Source: Phoronis australis
Lineage: Eukaryota; Animalia; Phoronida
Assembly: GCA_002633005.1 (NCBI GenBank)
Contig: NMRA01000026.1
Span: 280,392 to 344,391 of the forward strand
DNA: 64,000 bases
Direction of reading: 5' to 3'
The position numbers and the translations under genes were made by a program. Below are positions 1 to 17,031 of the stretch, piece after piece; the first letter of the stretch is position 1; every line of letters begins with the position of its first letter. The notes beneath the pieces are model-generated. The model made no database searches. It saw only the letters and a list, made by a program, of their open reading frames with translations, and was not told the origin of the DNA.

Positions 1-2091
1 TTTCAGTTATTCAAGCTCTCTGTGTAACTTATAAATTAAATGGAAAGTTCGTCAAAGGGAATTAAGATTAAAACCAACTTCACTTTTATACATGTAAGCA
101 ATCAGTATTTCAAAACGCATTGTCAACGAAACAGTATGCATCGGTTTAAAAAGACGACGGTTCGTGACAGCCAGGGCACGTGGCCACTGCTGCCAAATTT
201 CCAAGAGTATTTCGTGAATTATCGCATGCGTTTGAGTTTGTGTGGACTTCGTGATCTACAGAGTGCGTGTACACTATATGCCGCAGCGAAATGATCAACT
301 ATTGTTGCACGGGTCGCATAATCATTCTACAGTGTAGATCACGTAGATACACACGCGGATATCCAAATTCGTCATTTGATCTAAAGCACAAGGTTAGCTT
401 TGTATGAAATTTGCCACAATGAGCGCTACTGAAAACATTTTATACCTAAAGGCGAACTTTTTTGCAGTTGTTAAAATGAAAACGTTTTAAAAAAACATGA
501 GCTCAGCTGACCATTCAGTAAGTAATGGTGAAGGTAACAAAAAGATTTCACTACTTTTCATTTTCAATTCGTTCTTCTTTTAAAAATATCATTTTTGTAA
601 ATTGAAAGTTTGAACACGGTTGTCATGGCTGTTCTGTCGTCAGCAGTGCCCGCTACGCGGTATAAGGTCTCAAGTCGTCAAAGCTGTTGACATGACGGCA
701 GCTGCGCGCGCGATGACATTGTATTACAAGACTTGGTGCAACGAAAACACTAAAAACATGGATTTAATCAGAACCTCATCATACCAGAGAAATTGAAATC
801 ATGTTCGTTCGCTCTGGTATTAATGAACGTACACAAGACAATCCGCACGCCAACATCAACGCGTCCGACCACTACCAACACGTAAGCGTAGACGTCATCG
901 CCTTTGCGTCCGCACATTTGCGATTTAAGCCGCAAAGCGCCGGACTGTTAGTTTTGTTTTTGACGACTGACCTTTTCTGACCGACCATCCAGTTTCTTGT
1001 TGTGTATGCGATTCGATAACGTCATTAATTTTGGTTGATGGTAATTATTTGTTGTAGGATTAGGCTTATCTTGCGAATGACGTTGAGTTTGATCAACCAC
1101 GACTTGGCATTACTTCGGCAATCTAGCTTTCGGCAGTTAATCCCGGATAGCCATTGCGTTTGACGATACCTTTTCCAAATACTTTACCTCATCGATCTTG
1201 TGATGTTATTGAAAAAAATGCAGCTTACACCTGGAATTCACCAACATTCATATAATTTCTATTCAATAGGACGATTATAGCGACACTTATTGTTACCGGT
1301 ACCCTTAGAAACGCCTGCTGTTTCGCTGGAGTTTAAAACAAAATTTGACTGTTACAAAACAAACCTGTTTTTTCACATAATTCTATCTCTTTGTGATCCA
1401 TTTACGCGTTCAATTGGCTATTTTCTCTCAAAAGTCGGGCTGAGACCAAAAACACTGCCACTTTTGAACGTGTGAATATTCGTGAACTCTTGAAACGTGT
1501 ACAGTGTCACACAAAATCTATTTTGTTCATACGTTTCCCAATCTGTGGAGGGAACTAGGCTCACTGTCTTTCCTTCAAAATCCACTTTGTGAAGCAAACG
1601 TTCAAAGCACCGCTGTGAGTCTTGGTATTTTGCCAATATACTACAGAGGCGCGCGCTCCCTTGTTTGACCTGCTCTAGGAAAACAGAAACGACAAAAATT
1701 GCCTTCAACTGAGAAATTGTTCATATCTCGCTTTATTAACGTTGTTGTCAGCAGTTTATAACTCATAGCGAATTTTACCAATGGATATGCGTCACAAATC
1801 AGCAAGAGTTTTTTTAAATTACAGGTAATGTCAGGTGAGCTTAATGAAGGGAGTTAGCTTCAGAAAGTAAACTAGACTACAATTAAGTAGAATCTCACAT
1901 AGCTGGACCCGGCGACAAAGGGAAACGATTCACAAAACTCTTTTCCTACGTTACATTTCGATATACATGTACGTCCTTTAAGGGGTCGCTGGCAATAAGA
2001 AGACATTTAAGTAGCACATTTGTATATCCTCTCTTGAGCTTTTAAGCAATACGTGAATTTGTGTGGCTCACAACTGTCGACACTTTCAACC

Positions 2092-2234
2092 CATAGGCGG
2101 CGCACCATAAGGGGCTGTGGGAGCTGTATCCCCACCTTTCCAGTGCTGCAACGCCCATGGTCTGTAGGCAGAGCACCGCACGGGGGCTAGGGGGGCTTTA
2201 GCCCCCGATTTTTTTCAGTGCTGCGCCGCCCATG
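2092..2234. mobile_element. Small MITE (CATAGGCGGCGCA..TGCGCCGCCCATG), internally duplicated
   Basis: 13-bp TIRs enclosing two ~70-bp G/C-tract sub-units. Confidence 0.65.
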
Positions 2235-3164
2235 TCAACGACAAAAAATGTGAACGCAAGGGGGTAAATGCCGGCTTTAAAATGTTCCTAAAATGTTGAT
2301 AGCAAAAATTAAAAAATAAATTTTGTTATAAGAAACGCTTTTGGAGCTGAGAGAGCCTGGCCTATTAAAAGGTTTAAAATTTGTCTGCTTTTGAACATGT
2401 GGTTTGTTATGGGCAACCCGCATTGGCACCGCAACTAAGGTGCGGGCTAATTTAAAGTTTTATTATATACGTGGCGCATAATGTAAAAGACAGTATTCGT
2501 CAACAACTGCAGACAACTCTCAAAAGTAATTTCAAGAAACACGGATGTATTCTCTTTTGTGTAATTTGTTCTGTACGTTTATGTCTATCGCTGAATGACG
2601 TCATATCGCTCAAGCCACGACCACCAGGATTATCATCGAAATTATAATCCGGACATGCAAAAAGAATACTACCAAAACAATTTATAGCGGGTTAGTATGA
2701 GCTATCGCGTACAGTTTCTTTATGAGTTTGATCTGTCAACACATGCATGTAACTTCCAGGAATCATTTAAAAGGAGTTTTCAGAAGAAAACTGTATCACC
2801 ACTCTTAGTTACAAACTGCACTTGGAAGTTGAGGTCACGACAAAACCGTCAGTTGTTTATGTTTACAAGGTTGTTCAAGTTCCAGCTACCTTTGTACCGT
2901 ACTTTGTTTACATTTATGAAGGTTACTAATCTAAATAGAAATAATAATCCATTGTAGTCTCCAGGTTATCTTAGTGACATTTATTTATAACATAATGATT
3001 GTTTTTCACGATGAAGACAATACGTTCACCGAGCAAAAACTTTGACCTTGACCCTTTTTAATGTCCCGAGAACGCAATATTTCGTGAACTTGAGTGCTTT
3101 GCAAATAAGTTTTAAGGATCCGGCTACCGTAACGAAAATCTCGCCACAAAACGTTACGGTTATG

Positions 3165-3640
3165 CATTTTGTATAGGGCCCTTTAAAAATGCCTAGGCTT
3201 CGGCCAACTTCGCCAACTTCGGAGCACCATATCTCGGAAATGGCTGATCGGATGCACGCGAAACTTTGAGATAGTATGTTTTATGCAAAACACTGTTAAT
3301 GGAAATGTGTTTTTCAAATGTTACACTTGCAAATTAAAAATTGCTTTGATGATTCATCAAAATATTGCGCAAAATTTAATCGTAAATTTGGCTTAAAGCA
3401 GGTTACAGCGTTTTTTGAGACCTCACTCATATCACATAAAACTTGGTAATTAAGTAATACTGCTGCCTTGCTTTCAATGTATTTTTGTTTTTGACTAATT
3501 TTAGCATGGTCACGTGACCTATTGTCAAAATCTAATTCCCAGACTTTCTCCTTTCAGAAAATGCGTGTACGTACTAAGTTAAAAGTTTTGTAAATATTTG
3601 GCCAAACATGCACACTCTAAAATCGTTAATACTCTGCACA
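3165..3640 (+). mobile_element. Dispersed ~500-bp non-coding repeat containing the GTCACGTGAC palindrome
   Basis: Shared blocks (..catatctcggaaatggctgat..aaacttt.agata..cagcgttttt.gagat..ggtcacgtgacct) recur at ~26325-26830 (+), 41310-41470 (+, partial), 22190-22680 (-) and 46700-47112 (-). Boundaries are approximate. Confidence 0.6.
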
Positions 3641-5189
3641 TGCGCCGAGTTTGACATAAGAAACACGTCACGTTCCTCCAAACAGCTATTAGTATACAGC
3701 AACACAGGAAACGTTGAAGATCATGAACAATAACCGACGAGCAAATTTTGGCAATTTGTTTACCATGTAAGGCAACATCCGGGATAGTTCATTATGCATA
3801 ATGGTGATATATTCAGTATTTATTTGCTAAGTTCTTTGACGTGCACTTTAAGCAGCCACGCTCAGTGTGAGATAAGAAACTAATAACATGTGAATATTAT
3901 ACAACGACGGGACATAAACTTGATATCTATACAGTACTCACCTTGAACGACGTGCAATCATTTATTGAGAGAAAACATTTTTACCAATTTCAACGAGGCT
4001 TGTTGGATTTCTTTCTAAATTTAATAACAATTTTCAAAATCTTTTGCCCATTTGTTCATAAAAATTTTTGACGAAGTGCTTCAGAATCGAACAACTGCAA
4101 AGCCGACAAACCAAACTCGTCAGGTGTCCCTTCACATTGTATAACTTTTTGTCATATAAGTAATGCCGGGCCTGTTATTACTGAACGTAGCTTGTTACGT
4201 AATCTTGTGAACTGGATTTTTTTAATATTAGCACCTTTAGCCGCGATGGTCTGTTAAAGTGGACTGTTTTAGCAATGCTACAGTATGAAGGAAAACGAAG
4301 GATGAGGGTCGGCGGCAGGTGGCACGGCGTACGTCCCAGGCATCATTAACCGAATAAAGTTACTTGCATGCGTTCGTAACAATATAGAGACATTTGCTGA
4401 ACCTTATGTGGACGTCTTTTTTTAATACGTAGTGAAGCGAGAGTTTCAAAATGAGCTCGGGTTCGCACCTTACGACTTAGCTTTGCAGGTATGAAGCCAA
4501 TTGATTTACCCCCGATTTCCCCACTTCCGAGTCTCAAGCTTAAATTCTCAAATGCAATGTCATCACAATTTCTGACGATGGTTACACAACCAAAACCTGA
4601 AACAACATTGTAATCCTAATCGCAACACTAACGGTCGCAGAAATAGTATTGTCTTTATATAGTTTGTATGTTCTTTTCTCAAAACTTTCCATCTTTTTCA
4701 ATCTAAAGTTGACCATGATCGACAGACTTAGATAAAAGTTTATAAAGTTGTCTTAAACTTGTCTCATCCAACTGGCAGTCCAAAGTTAAAACAAGAACAC
4801 GCGCACATGTGATGATCGTAGGGATGTGTAGAGAGGCATGCATTGCAGGATGTAATCTTATCGACACTGTAAGGTATCGTCTAAAACATGCAGATAAAAG
4901 TGCGATTAAACCCTTACCTGTCAATGCTATTATAATTACTCTGACCTGTATTGCCCATCGGCACCGGGACATGTTAAGAATTTTTGCAAGTGGATATAGC
5001 ATATTTTTTGTTAATTTGTTACCATAGTAACAGCATGCAGCATGCATGCGTACGCAAAAAGAAGACCCACCCACTGAACAATGGTATGGCTGAAAACTGG
5101 GACCATTGCGTTATTTTATGTTCTTGAAAGCTGACGAAGAGGTCTTTTTTGTTTTGAACACTTCATATACGTCCGCAGTTATTACATAA

Positions 5190-6310
5190 AACTTCACGTG
5201 GCTCGTTCATTGCTACGTCTTGCTCTGGTTTCGCCCGCCAACGCCCACTCGTTGTTTGAACAAAAACTTTGATTGAATCACTGAAGTGAACCCAGGCGAT
5301 TGCCTAACCCTTTACGTCGATCATCTCCCGATTGTTACACGAATGACAAACGATAAGGCTATCTTTCTAGTGACAACGAATTGCCAAATTCCACTTGGAC
5401 CCGGAGTTGTGCCGTGGTACAATCTGAATGGCGTCTCGCGATGGGTAATCGGCCTCCTATGGAGCGGACTCTGGCCGCAATGATTGGTTAAGACAAAGAT
5501 AGGGGGAGATAATTGATGATTGAAACACGAAAATTATCTTCTATTGCGGTTTATTTGATTTTCGGATTTGCAGCAAGGAATGCTTTTTAGCAGCTTTTTT
5601 GTAAAATGTAAAATTGCTTACAATTTGTGTATTTTATGTAGTTATACTTCGATTTTTATACGAAACATGGGAACTCCATTTAAAAAAGAAAAAAAAAACA
5701 AGACCAATACGTGGGCTTAAGTCGCAAGCCAGTCTGCTGGGATTCGAGAATTTGTAACATGGATTCATGTCATAGCTACTGACCCCTATGACGGAGAGGC
5801 CATGAGAATCGTTCGACGTCGATAGTGTATTGGTTGCTGGGACTGAGAAAGAATGTTGTAAATGTCGCAGGAATTGTCTTATACACGCTCGACTGCCAAC
5901 TATAGTCCACAGCGATTACTTAGAATTTGCCTCAGAGCTGGCCGAACGATGTCAAAAAAAAATAAATAAAATAAACAAATAAATAAGCGCAACCTCTGGT
6001 ATATTACCAGAATCGTTTTCTGCATAAACATTCAGTTACAGCCCGTCTTAGAACGTGAAGATCGACTTACAATTAACAGTTTAACGTTTGATTTTTATTT
6101 TTTGTCTGAAAAGTAAGTTTTATCTTTGTGTCATGTCGAATTACACATCGCGGTTCATTATTCCCAATGGTACGTCTGACGCATGCGCCAAACACGTGGC
6201 ACCAATTGGGCTGGACTTGCACTCATCCATTACGAGGCAGCTTTCCTTTTCTGCAGGATTACCGTAGTCCACACACCGACGGGTAATCTACGTCACAACC
6301 GTAACTGAAG
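5190..6310. promoter_or_regulatory. Promoter/enhancer-like motif clusters
   Basis: Locally CpG-rich; CACGTG (5195, 6194), TCTCGCGA (5434), ATTGG/CCAAT (5484, 6163, 6202), NRF1-like CGCATGCGC (6180). Target gene unknown. Confidence 0.35.
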
Positions 6311-7959
6311 CCAACACCTTAGCCCGGCCATTCGACCAAGTTCTCATAGACTGGTATCCTCCTTCGGACATGCCTTAGAGCAGTTCAGCAGATGCCACCC
6401 CCCTGTGGAGCGGCCCTGGCAATTGTCTTTTTGCGCCCTCTACATAAATCTCGCTGCCACTGTCAACTATTCACGACCCGGGAAAGTAGATAAATTTCAA
6501 ATTTATCGAGTACAACACTATTCACAAGCATCAAGACGGAACCAAACAACAGAAAAGTGAGATTCCATTAAAAACAAACAAACAAACAAACAAACAGTAG
6601 CACTGACTGCTAAACTGAATGGAAACTTGTAAAAATTAAAGAACATTCAACGATATTCTCGTTTTATAACGATAAAACTACTGATGATTTTTCCAAACGT
6701 GGTATCCATTTAGGAAAGAAGTCTCGGTTGAAGTATGAAGGTTGTGTGTACTGTAGGAAACTCCCACTCGAACACTATCGGGGTTACGAAGAACCAGTGT
6801 GTAGAGGGTGCATCTAACGTCGATACGGTGTCAAAGTATATGTACTGTCAACCGTGAACAGATATTTCTGCGATTGATTTGGCGGAGTGGCAAGCTTGTT
6901 AATTCATCAACCGCAACAGTCGGACTAACCTCAGTCGTCAAACACGCTTAAATCCTGAAAATTTCTTGGGGAGGACCGTCAAAGCCCCGGTGAATGCCCA
7001 GCGTCTATCGTGCTCTCTCGGTTGCCCCTCCAGTACACATGCGCAAGTCTTCGGGAATTGCGCAGAAGTTCCAAAGACCGGAGTGAATTACGACTATTTC
7101 AAAGACTTGTGCGACAGCCCCCAGTTAACTCAAAAGTGGGCGCTGTGTTTTGTTTTTTTAATGTTGCGGTGACGTAACGGGCCCAACATGTCAAAAGGTT
7201 ACCTTTTCAACCTGTAAGGGTTCAGTTTGTAATTTACATGTTTATGTACCTACGAAAAATGACAGAATCATTTTTGAATACTTGATTAAGTTTCAGTGAA
7301 CTTAGATGCACTGGCTGAACATCCGGGGAAATCAGATACAATGTATCATCTGACAGACAGCAAAGTGCACTATTAGATTTCGCCAACCTGGAATAACAAT
7401 GATTCTTGACGAAACCCGGTATATCACTTGCCACCTTGGGGTCAACTAAAACTTCGAGTAGCGAAGTTTCAACATGGAATTGCCTAAGCCCTGATGCACG
7501 CTATCAGAGACCATAAAATTGCAGCATTTCAAAGTGGGGGACACACCACGTACGTACTCCAAGCACTGAGTGCAGGAGGCGCCAGCAAGAATGCAACCGA
7601 CATAGTATTAAAATGTCTATGCTTACGACGGTGTACATGTACACGTACTTGGGAGATGTGCAACGTTTCCGATGACGTCAAGCTCCGTGCCATGCCATAC
7701 TCCGTGTATCCGCCTGGCGCGTTTCCGGCAGCGAGTCACATTGGCTAAAACTGTCAATACATTGCTCAGTAAAACGCCAGTTTCATCAAATGACGCCACA
7801 AGTGTTAAATTATGCATATTGTATATTCAGCACAAGATTTTACAATGCTAATCTATACATACACTGGCTGATAGTACTAATAATGGCTTACATCAGTGAC
7901 AAGATCAACGCAGAGCGTTGAAATGCGCCCACGAATGCACCGCAAATGAAGTGCTTTTA

Positions 7960-8578
7960 GGGTTATTTATTTGTATCACAAAAATGGCAACTAGGTGGCG
8001 CAAAAACGTACAATCCATCAAAAAATGGGAACATGTCATATTTCATAAAAATTTGTCAAGGACCTTCAGAGAAACAAAGGAAAACAGAATAAAATGAAAG
8101 TACCACTTGTGGACACAGCGAGCGTTGGATACGCCTGAAAGTCGTCGTCGGTTGCTATCTTCATATAAATACACTTACTAAATTTAATAAAGATCTTGCA
8201 GTGGGTTTAGGAGATAGGCCTAGAGCTATGGGCGCAAAACAAAACAAAACTACAACAAGGAAGCGCCACAGTAGTCAGTCGCCATCATTAAATGTCCTCT
8301 TTACATTGAAAACATATACGTCAATTTTCAAAACCATCCCTAGAGTGATTTGGTTGATAGAGGGGTGGACGCAAAAAACAGATTAAAAAACAGTAAAAAT
8401 GGCCAAACTACGTCGAATCCATCAGAACACGGGAGAATAGGATCACCTCACCAATAGATGCTTATATTCAAAATTTTATGAACATACGTCAAGGCATTTT
8501 GGAGATAGAGCAGCGGACGCCAGACGGACGGACGGAGATGACGGCATAATGCATATAAATATATGGGCGCATAAAAAT
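7960..8578 (+). mobile_element. Helentron/HINE-like non-autonomous element
   Basis: (GACG)n microsatellite followed by gatgacggcataatgc..gggcgcataaaaa; a similar 3' end with hairpin atgcgcccac-gt-gtgggtgcat plus taaaaa occurs at 14250-14306. Confidence 0.5.
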
Positions 8579-11295
8579 GACCCGGTCAGCCGACGACAGT
8601 CACTCTCCGGCAGGGGAACCACTTGCTTTCGCCGCTAGGCCTTGCAAATCCATTCCTAAAGGAGAAATCCTCATGGTCACCAATAAAACATGACAGCGCG
8701 CTGGCCTCCGGCGGCCTAGCTGATCTCTTGATTATTGCTTGCGAAGAGCGAAAATTCGGCCTAGACGAACCAATCCCTGTGTTGTACAGCATCAATGCGA
8801 CACTGCCAGATAAAAAACAACTTGTAATATGGAAAAGTAATTAAATTAGCTTAGTAAACGTTGAACAGCAATTCAAAATTTAAAACCAAGCTTTTACACT
8901 GAAACAAAGGAAGACTATGCAGGTGGTAGAGCACCAGGAGTCAGAAAACATAACAATATAACACAGACGAGCACCACTATGACATGAATGTGAATCTCAC
9001 AAGGAAACTAGTGGCGCCCCACCGTGCACAACGTAGAGTCCTAATATAGGACCAGTCGCAATGTCTTTCACATTGACTGTTCAATAACACCCTTCACAAA
9101 TAGCGTCCTAGTCCAAGACTGAATATGTGTAAATTTTAAAATCCATCACCAGGCTCAATGAACTAGGTCTTGATTGCTCAAGTCAACTCATTTACATCTA
9201 CGCTGTACCCGAACACCATCCACTTTTGTTTTGAACCCAATTATAAGTGGCGCCCTCTGTGGTACAATCCACTTACCACAGCTATAGACCACATACCCAT
9301 ACACTTGTGCACAAGTGTTGGTGAGCTAACCATACAACCTACACTGTTGGACTACGCTATCCGCAGTGCAGGTAAATATACTTTAACACACTATAGGTTT
9401 ACACTTTGCATTGACTGCAGCTCTGGTAAGAGAAGTAAGCCAGTTATAGGCCATGAACATACCTATAGTCTAGGTCATGTTACAAAAATAGGACATAAGC
9501 AAAAGGTTTGCAAGAGAAAAAATAGATCTTCAGGGTTCAATCCCAGCAAACTATCTCTTGCACCAAACCCACAACAAACTCAGCAGCCTATAAGATGTCT
9601 TTGCCAATCTTGTTTTCTCCCAGTGCCCAGTTGCATAAAACAGTCCTTACGTTCCCTATGCCTTCATTGGATTTACTTTATAATGACAATTCATTTTATC
9701 CTTATTATCATCCACTCTTTGACTAGTGACATTTTATAATAAAATGTCAAATGCCTGAGAACTTATTTCAATGGAATGAACAAAGACTTAGTTCTTACAT
9801 TGGGGGGGGGGTGCACGGAGTAGATCTCTATTTATTTTCAACACTCAGAATTCAATTTAGTTTAATCTCAATGTGCACCAAACGCCAAAATTGTCTTAAG
9901 ATATGAAAATAAAACCTGTAGCACAAAATGGACAATCCACGTTTTCCTAACTTCCATAAAAAGTTATGGAACACATTTTCATGCAACTGGACACACAAAC
10001 ACAAAAATTTCTCTCATTCAAGTAAATATTTCAAGTCACTAAGGGTTACACTTTCCTTTAATTATGGAGAAAAATTCAGCTTTATGATTGCTTTAACACT
10101 GTCATGGGCACTGAGCTCGGTAGTTACAGGGCCGTTTTCCGTTCAGCGACATTCATGCGAGATCACAAGAGCGAGAGGCTAGTGTCTTGCAAGTAAGATT
10201 TTGACCAAATTAGCATACATTACGGTAAAAGGAAGTTGATGATGGGACACAGAATTATGGGAGTAAACCCAAACCGAGTGTCGCGCACCACCTGACGCAG
10301 CCCAGTCTATAATATTGACTAGTTATTACTCACAAATATCAGATTTTCCCCTAAAATTCTGAGCATCACTGGTTGCATAATTAAGCAATGTTGCATCTTG
10401 TCAAAAGTAACCTATCAAGACTAACGATACAGTTGCCATCATAAAAAATCAAGACAGTTCAACAAGTCCAAAAACAAGACAGTCCAAACAGTCCAGCAGA
10501 AAGACAAACAAGCTCAATAACTACATAACAGTAATTTCAAAATAAGCTTGACGATTACATTCTCGTCAAAATTACAAAGCACAAGCTTTTTATTAATTCT
10601 TTACCCATTTATCATACATTTTCCAATGACTTCCCTCTTCGTTACCCAAGTAATTTTGGTGGTGACAGTAGGCTTCATTGAAATTTTCTGTATCAGTGGT
10701 TCAAAATAACGGCTCTCCCTGGGTTTTAAAGAGACACCATCGGAGAGAAAAATGTATCTTTTTAAATCAGCTCCATGATGAATGCAAGCTCAATACTTTA
10801 GGAGTTGATACTGATGACTTTGCTTCCAAAGCTAAACCCCACTCGGCAGGTAGACAAGTATTTGAACTAACCTCAAGTTGGGAGAATTGATGATTCATAA
10901 AAAAATTGCTACAGAGTTGATTGTTTCAAAGCTCTGGTCAAACCTAATAACTCATATTCCGCCTTACAATAATCTCATACATAGGTGATTTCAGGGGGGG
11001 GGGGTCATGAGGGTACAGACACCCCATTTTTCCTTTTAATTTAGTGCTCTCAAATCTAGAATTTTCAAATTGTTGACTTGGAAAACCCCTTTTAAAAAAA
11101 ATTTGATGCGACCCCCTTTCAATAATCCTGGATCTGCCCCTGTCGAAAATATATTTCTTGTCTTAAAACCGAGCGTGCCGCTTTAACAAAAAGATGCTCT
11201 AACAACACAACTAGTGCCCTCTCCAGTCTATCACAGTCACCAGCATTCACAGTCAGATTACATGAGATTTCAATGGACCAAAGAACCAGTCAGGT

Positions 11296-15445
<4,150 letters not shown>

Positions 15446-16222
15446 TCTCCAAGTTAATAATCCAGTTACTGGAGACACAAATTGTCGAGTTGCGACGGCA
15501 GCAAAACACCCCCGATCACGTTCTTCATGTTTAAAATTCCCTGAAATGATCGTAGAATTACTCAGAGAAGCAAGCTAAACCTAGCCTTGGTACAAAAGCT
15601 GCATACTAAATATACACAGTGGTACCTAGTTGTATTTTTATGATAGTCTTGATACAGCTAGCTGGCTGGCAAGCTAAACCCAACCACCAATTGTTTGGAT
15701 AACGGTATTGGATAGTTGATATTAAAAACTGTCAGTGAACAAGCAACATAATATCCACTAGGTGGTGATGATGATTCAGCCAAGGTAACTCAATAACATC
15801 AGAACAAATTAAAAATAGGTCACCAGCAGACACAAACAGTTCCACGTTAAATGAAAAGCTGAGTTTTGATGTTGAGTCACACACACACACACAACGAGCT
15901 AGGTAGACTAGCTAGACACTACTGTCTACACCGTCTGACCCAGTAACTAGGTAGATAGATAGGTTTGCATCTGCTTGAACAACAAAATTGAGAACTTACA
16001 TAATTATGCCCCTCGTAAGATCAGTCACAGAGCTAAAGTACAAAGGCAGACCTCGTAAACAAGTACACAAGTAGGCTCAACAATCAACAGTAATCAAGAG
16101 TTACTAGAGAGTGGACCATTAGCTCACATTATCCTTTGAATCCACTGTCACGTAATATACATATACATGTTAACAAACCCACACGATGAAACCACCGTTT
16201 TCCGTTACAGTCGACCACTTAC

Positions 16223-16400
16223 ATAACTGTCATTGCCAGATGTGAGCAAATGTCAGCCGCTACAGTCGGAAGATCGTCATATCCTTCACGCCTATGGAAC
16301 GTGACATCTCACAACGTTACGTATGTGATCTGAGTCTGACGGTAAACGAAAATGACACACGATATGTTTATTGATCAGCAACGAACGTTAGTGGCAGGTC
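16223..16400 (-). other. Probable non-coding first exon / promoter region of the C1orf53-like gene
   Basis: Perfect GTAAGT donor (minus strand) at 16222-16217 in a locally CpG-rich stretch; a matching CAG acceptor lies at 15543-15541. The upstream boundary is not defined. Confidence 0.4.
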
Positions 16401-16673
16401 CGACAGGCGAGACTTCTACAATTTTAAGTTGCGACTGATTTCGAGATTGACCTCAGGTTGAACCCAGGTTTCCGCCAAGTTTCAAGTCGCTCGCAAAAAA
16501 TACTGTCTGTGGTATAATCCCAAGAGAATCTCTACATCCACGTTAACCAGAACACGCAAAGAAATCTACAAGACGACCACAAACAGAGCAGTACTCAAGC
16601 CAAGGCTCAGCTGACTGTCTTCACGATCCAAGCTCATGAGAAAGTTCAAGGTCGTCAACTTTTAATTAAAATA

Positions 16674-16674
16674 N
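16674..16674. other. Single N: ambiguous base or collapsed assembly gap
   Basis: 'atantag' at 16671-16677; mid-protein CNTLN exons begin ~360 bp to the right. Confidence 0.8.
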
Positions 16675-17031
16675 TAGTATATACCGTTGCACACAAGAGG
16701 AGAAGAACTCTGCGAAATGCGGTAAAATCTCATCAAATGTGGACGCAATATGGCCCACGAGTGAATTTATATTTTTCATTTTTTCATAAATAAAATGGGT
16801 AGCACCAAATAAAAGCGTTCCTTTTTTTAAGATCTGTACCATAGATACTGTCAGATAATGTTTCTGTGACATTTTGAACATTTGCAACAATATTGAAAGC
16901 CTTTTAATATTGAAAAAGACCCAAGTTTAGCAGTTTGTACAAATTTGACGGGATTTTACCGATGAGCTCTGTCTTATTACTTTTGACAGAAACATCTGTA
17001 CTCTACAGCTTCTCTTTCACCATTGTTCCAG

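Noticed and set aside
9170-9739. 189-aa plus-strand ORF
   Set aside because: TTG start, no recognisable domain or splice context, random-like composition.
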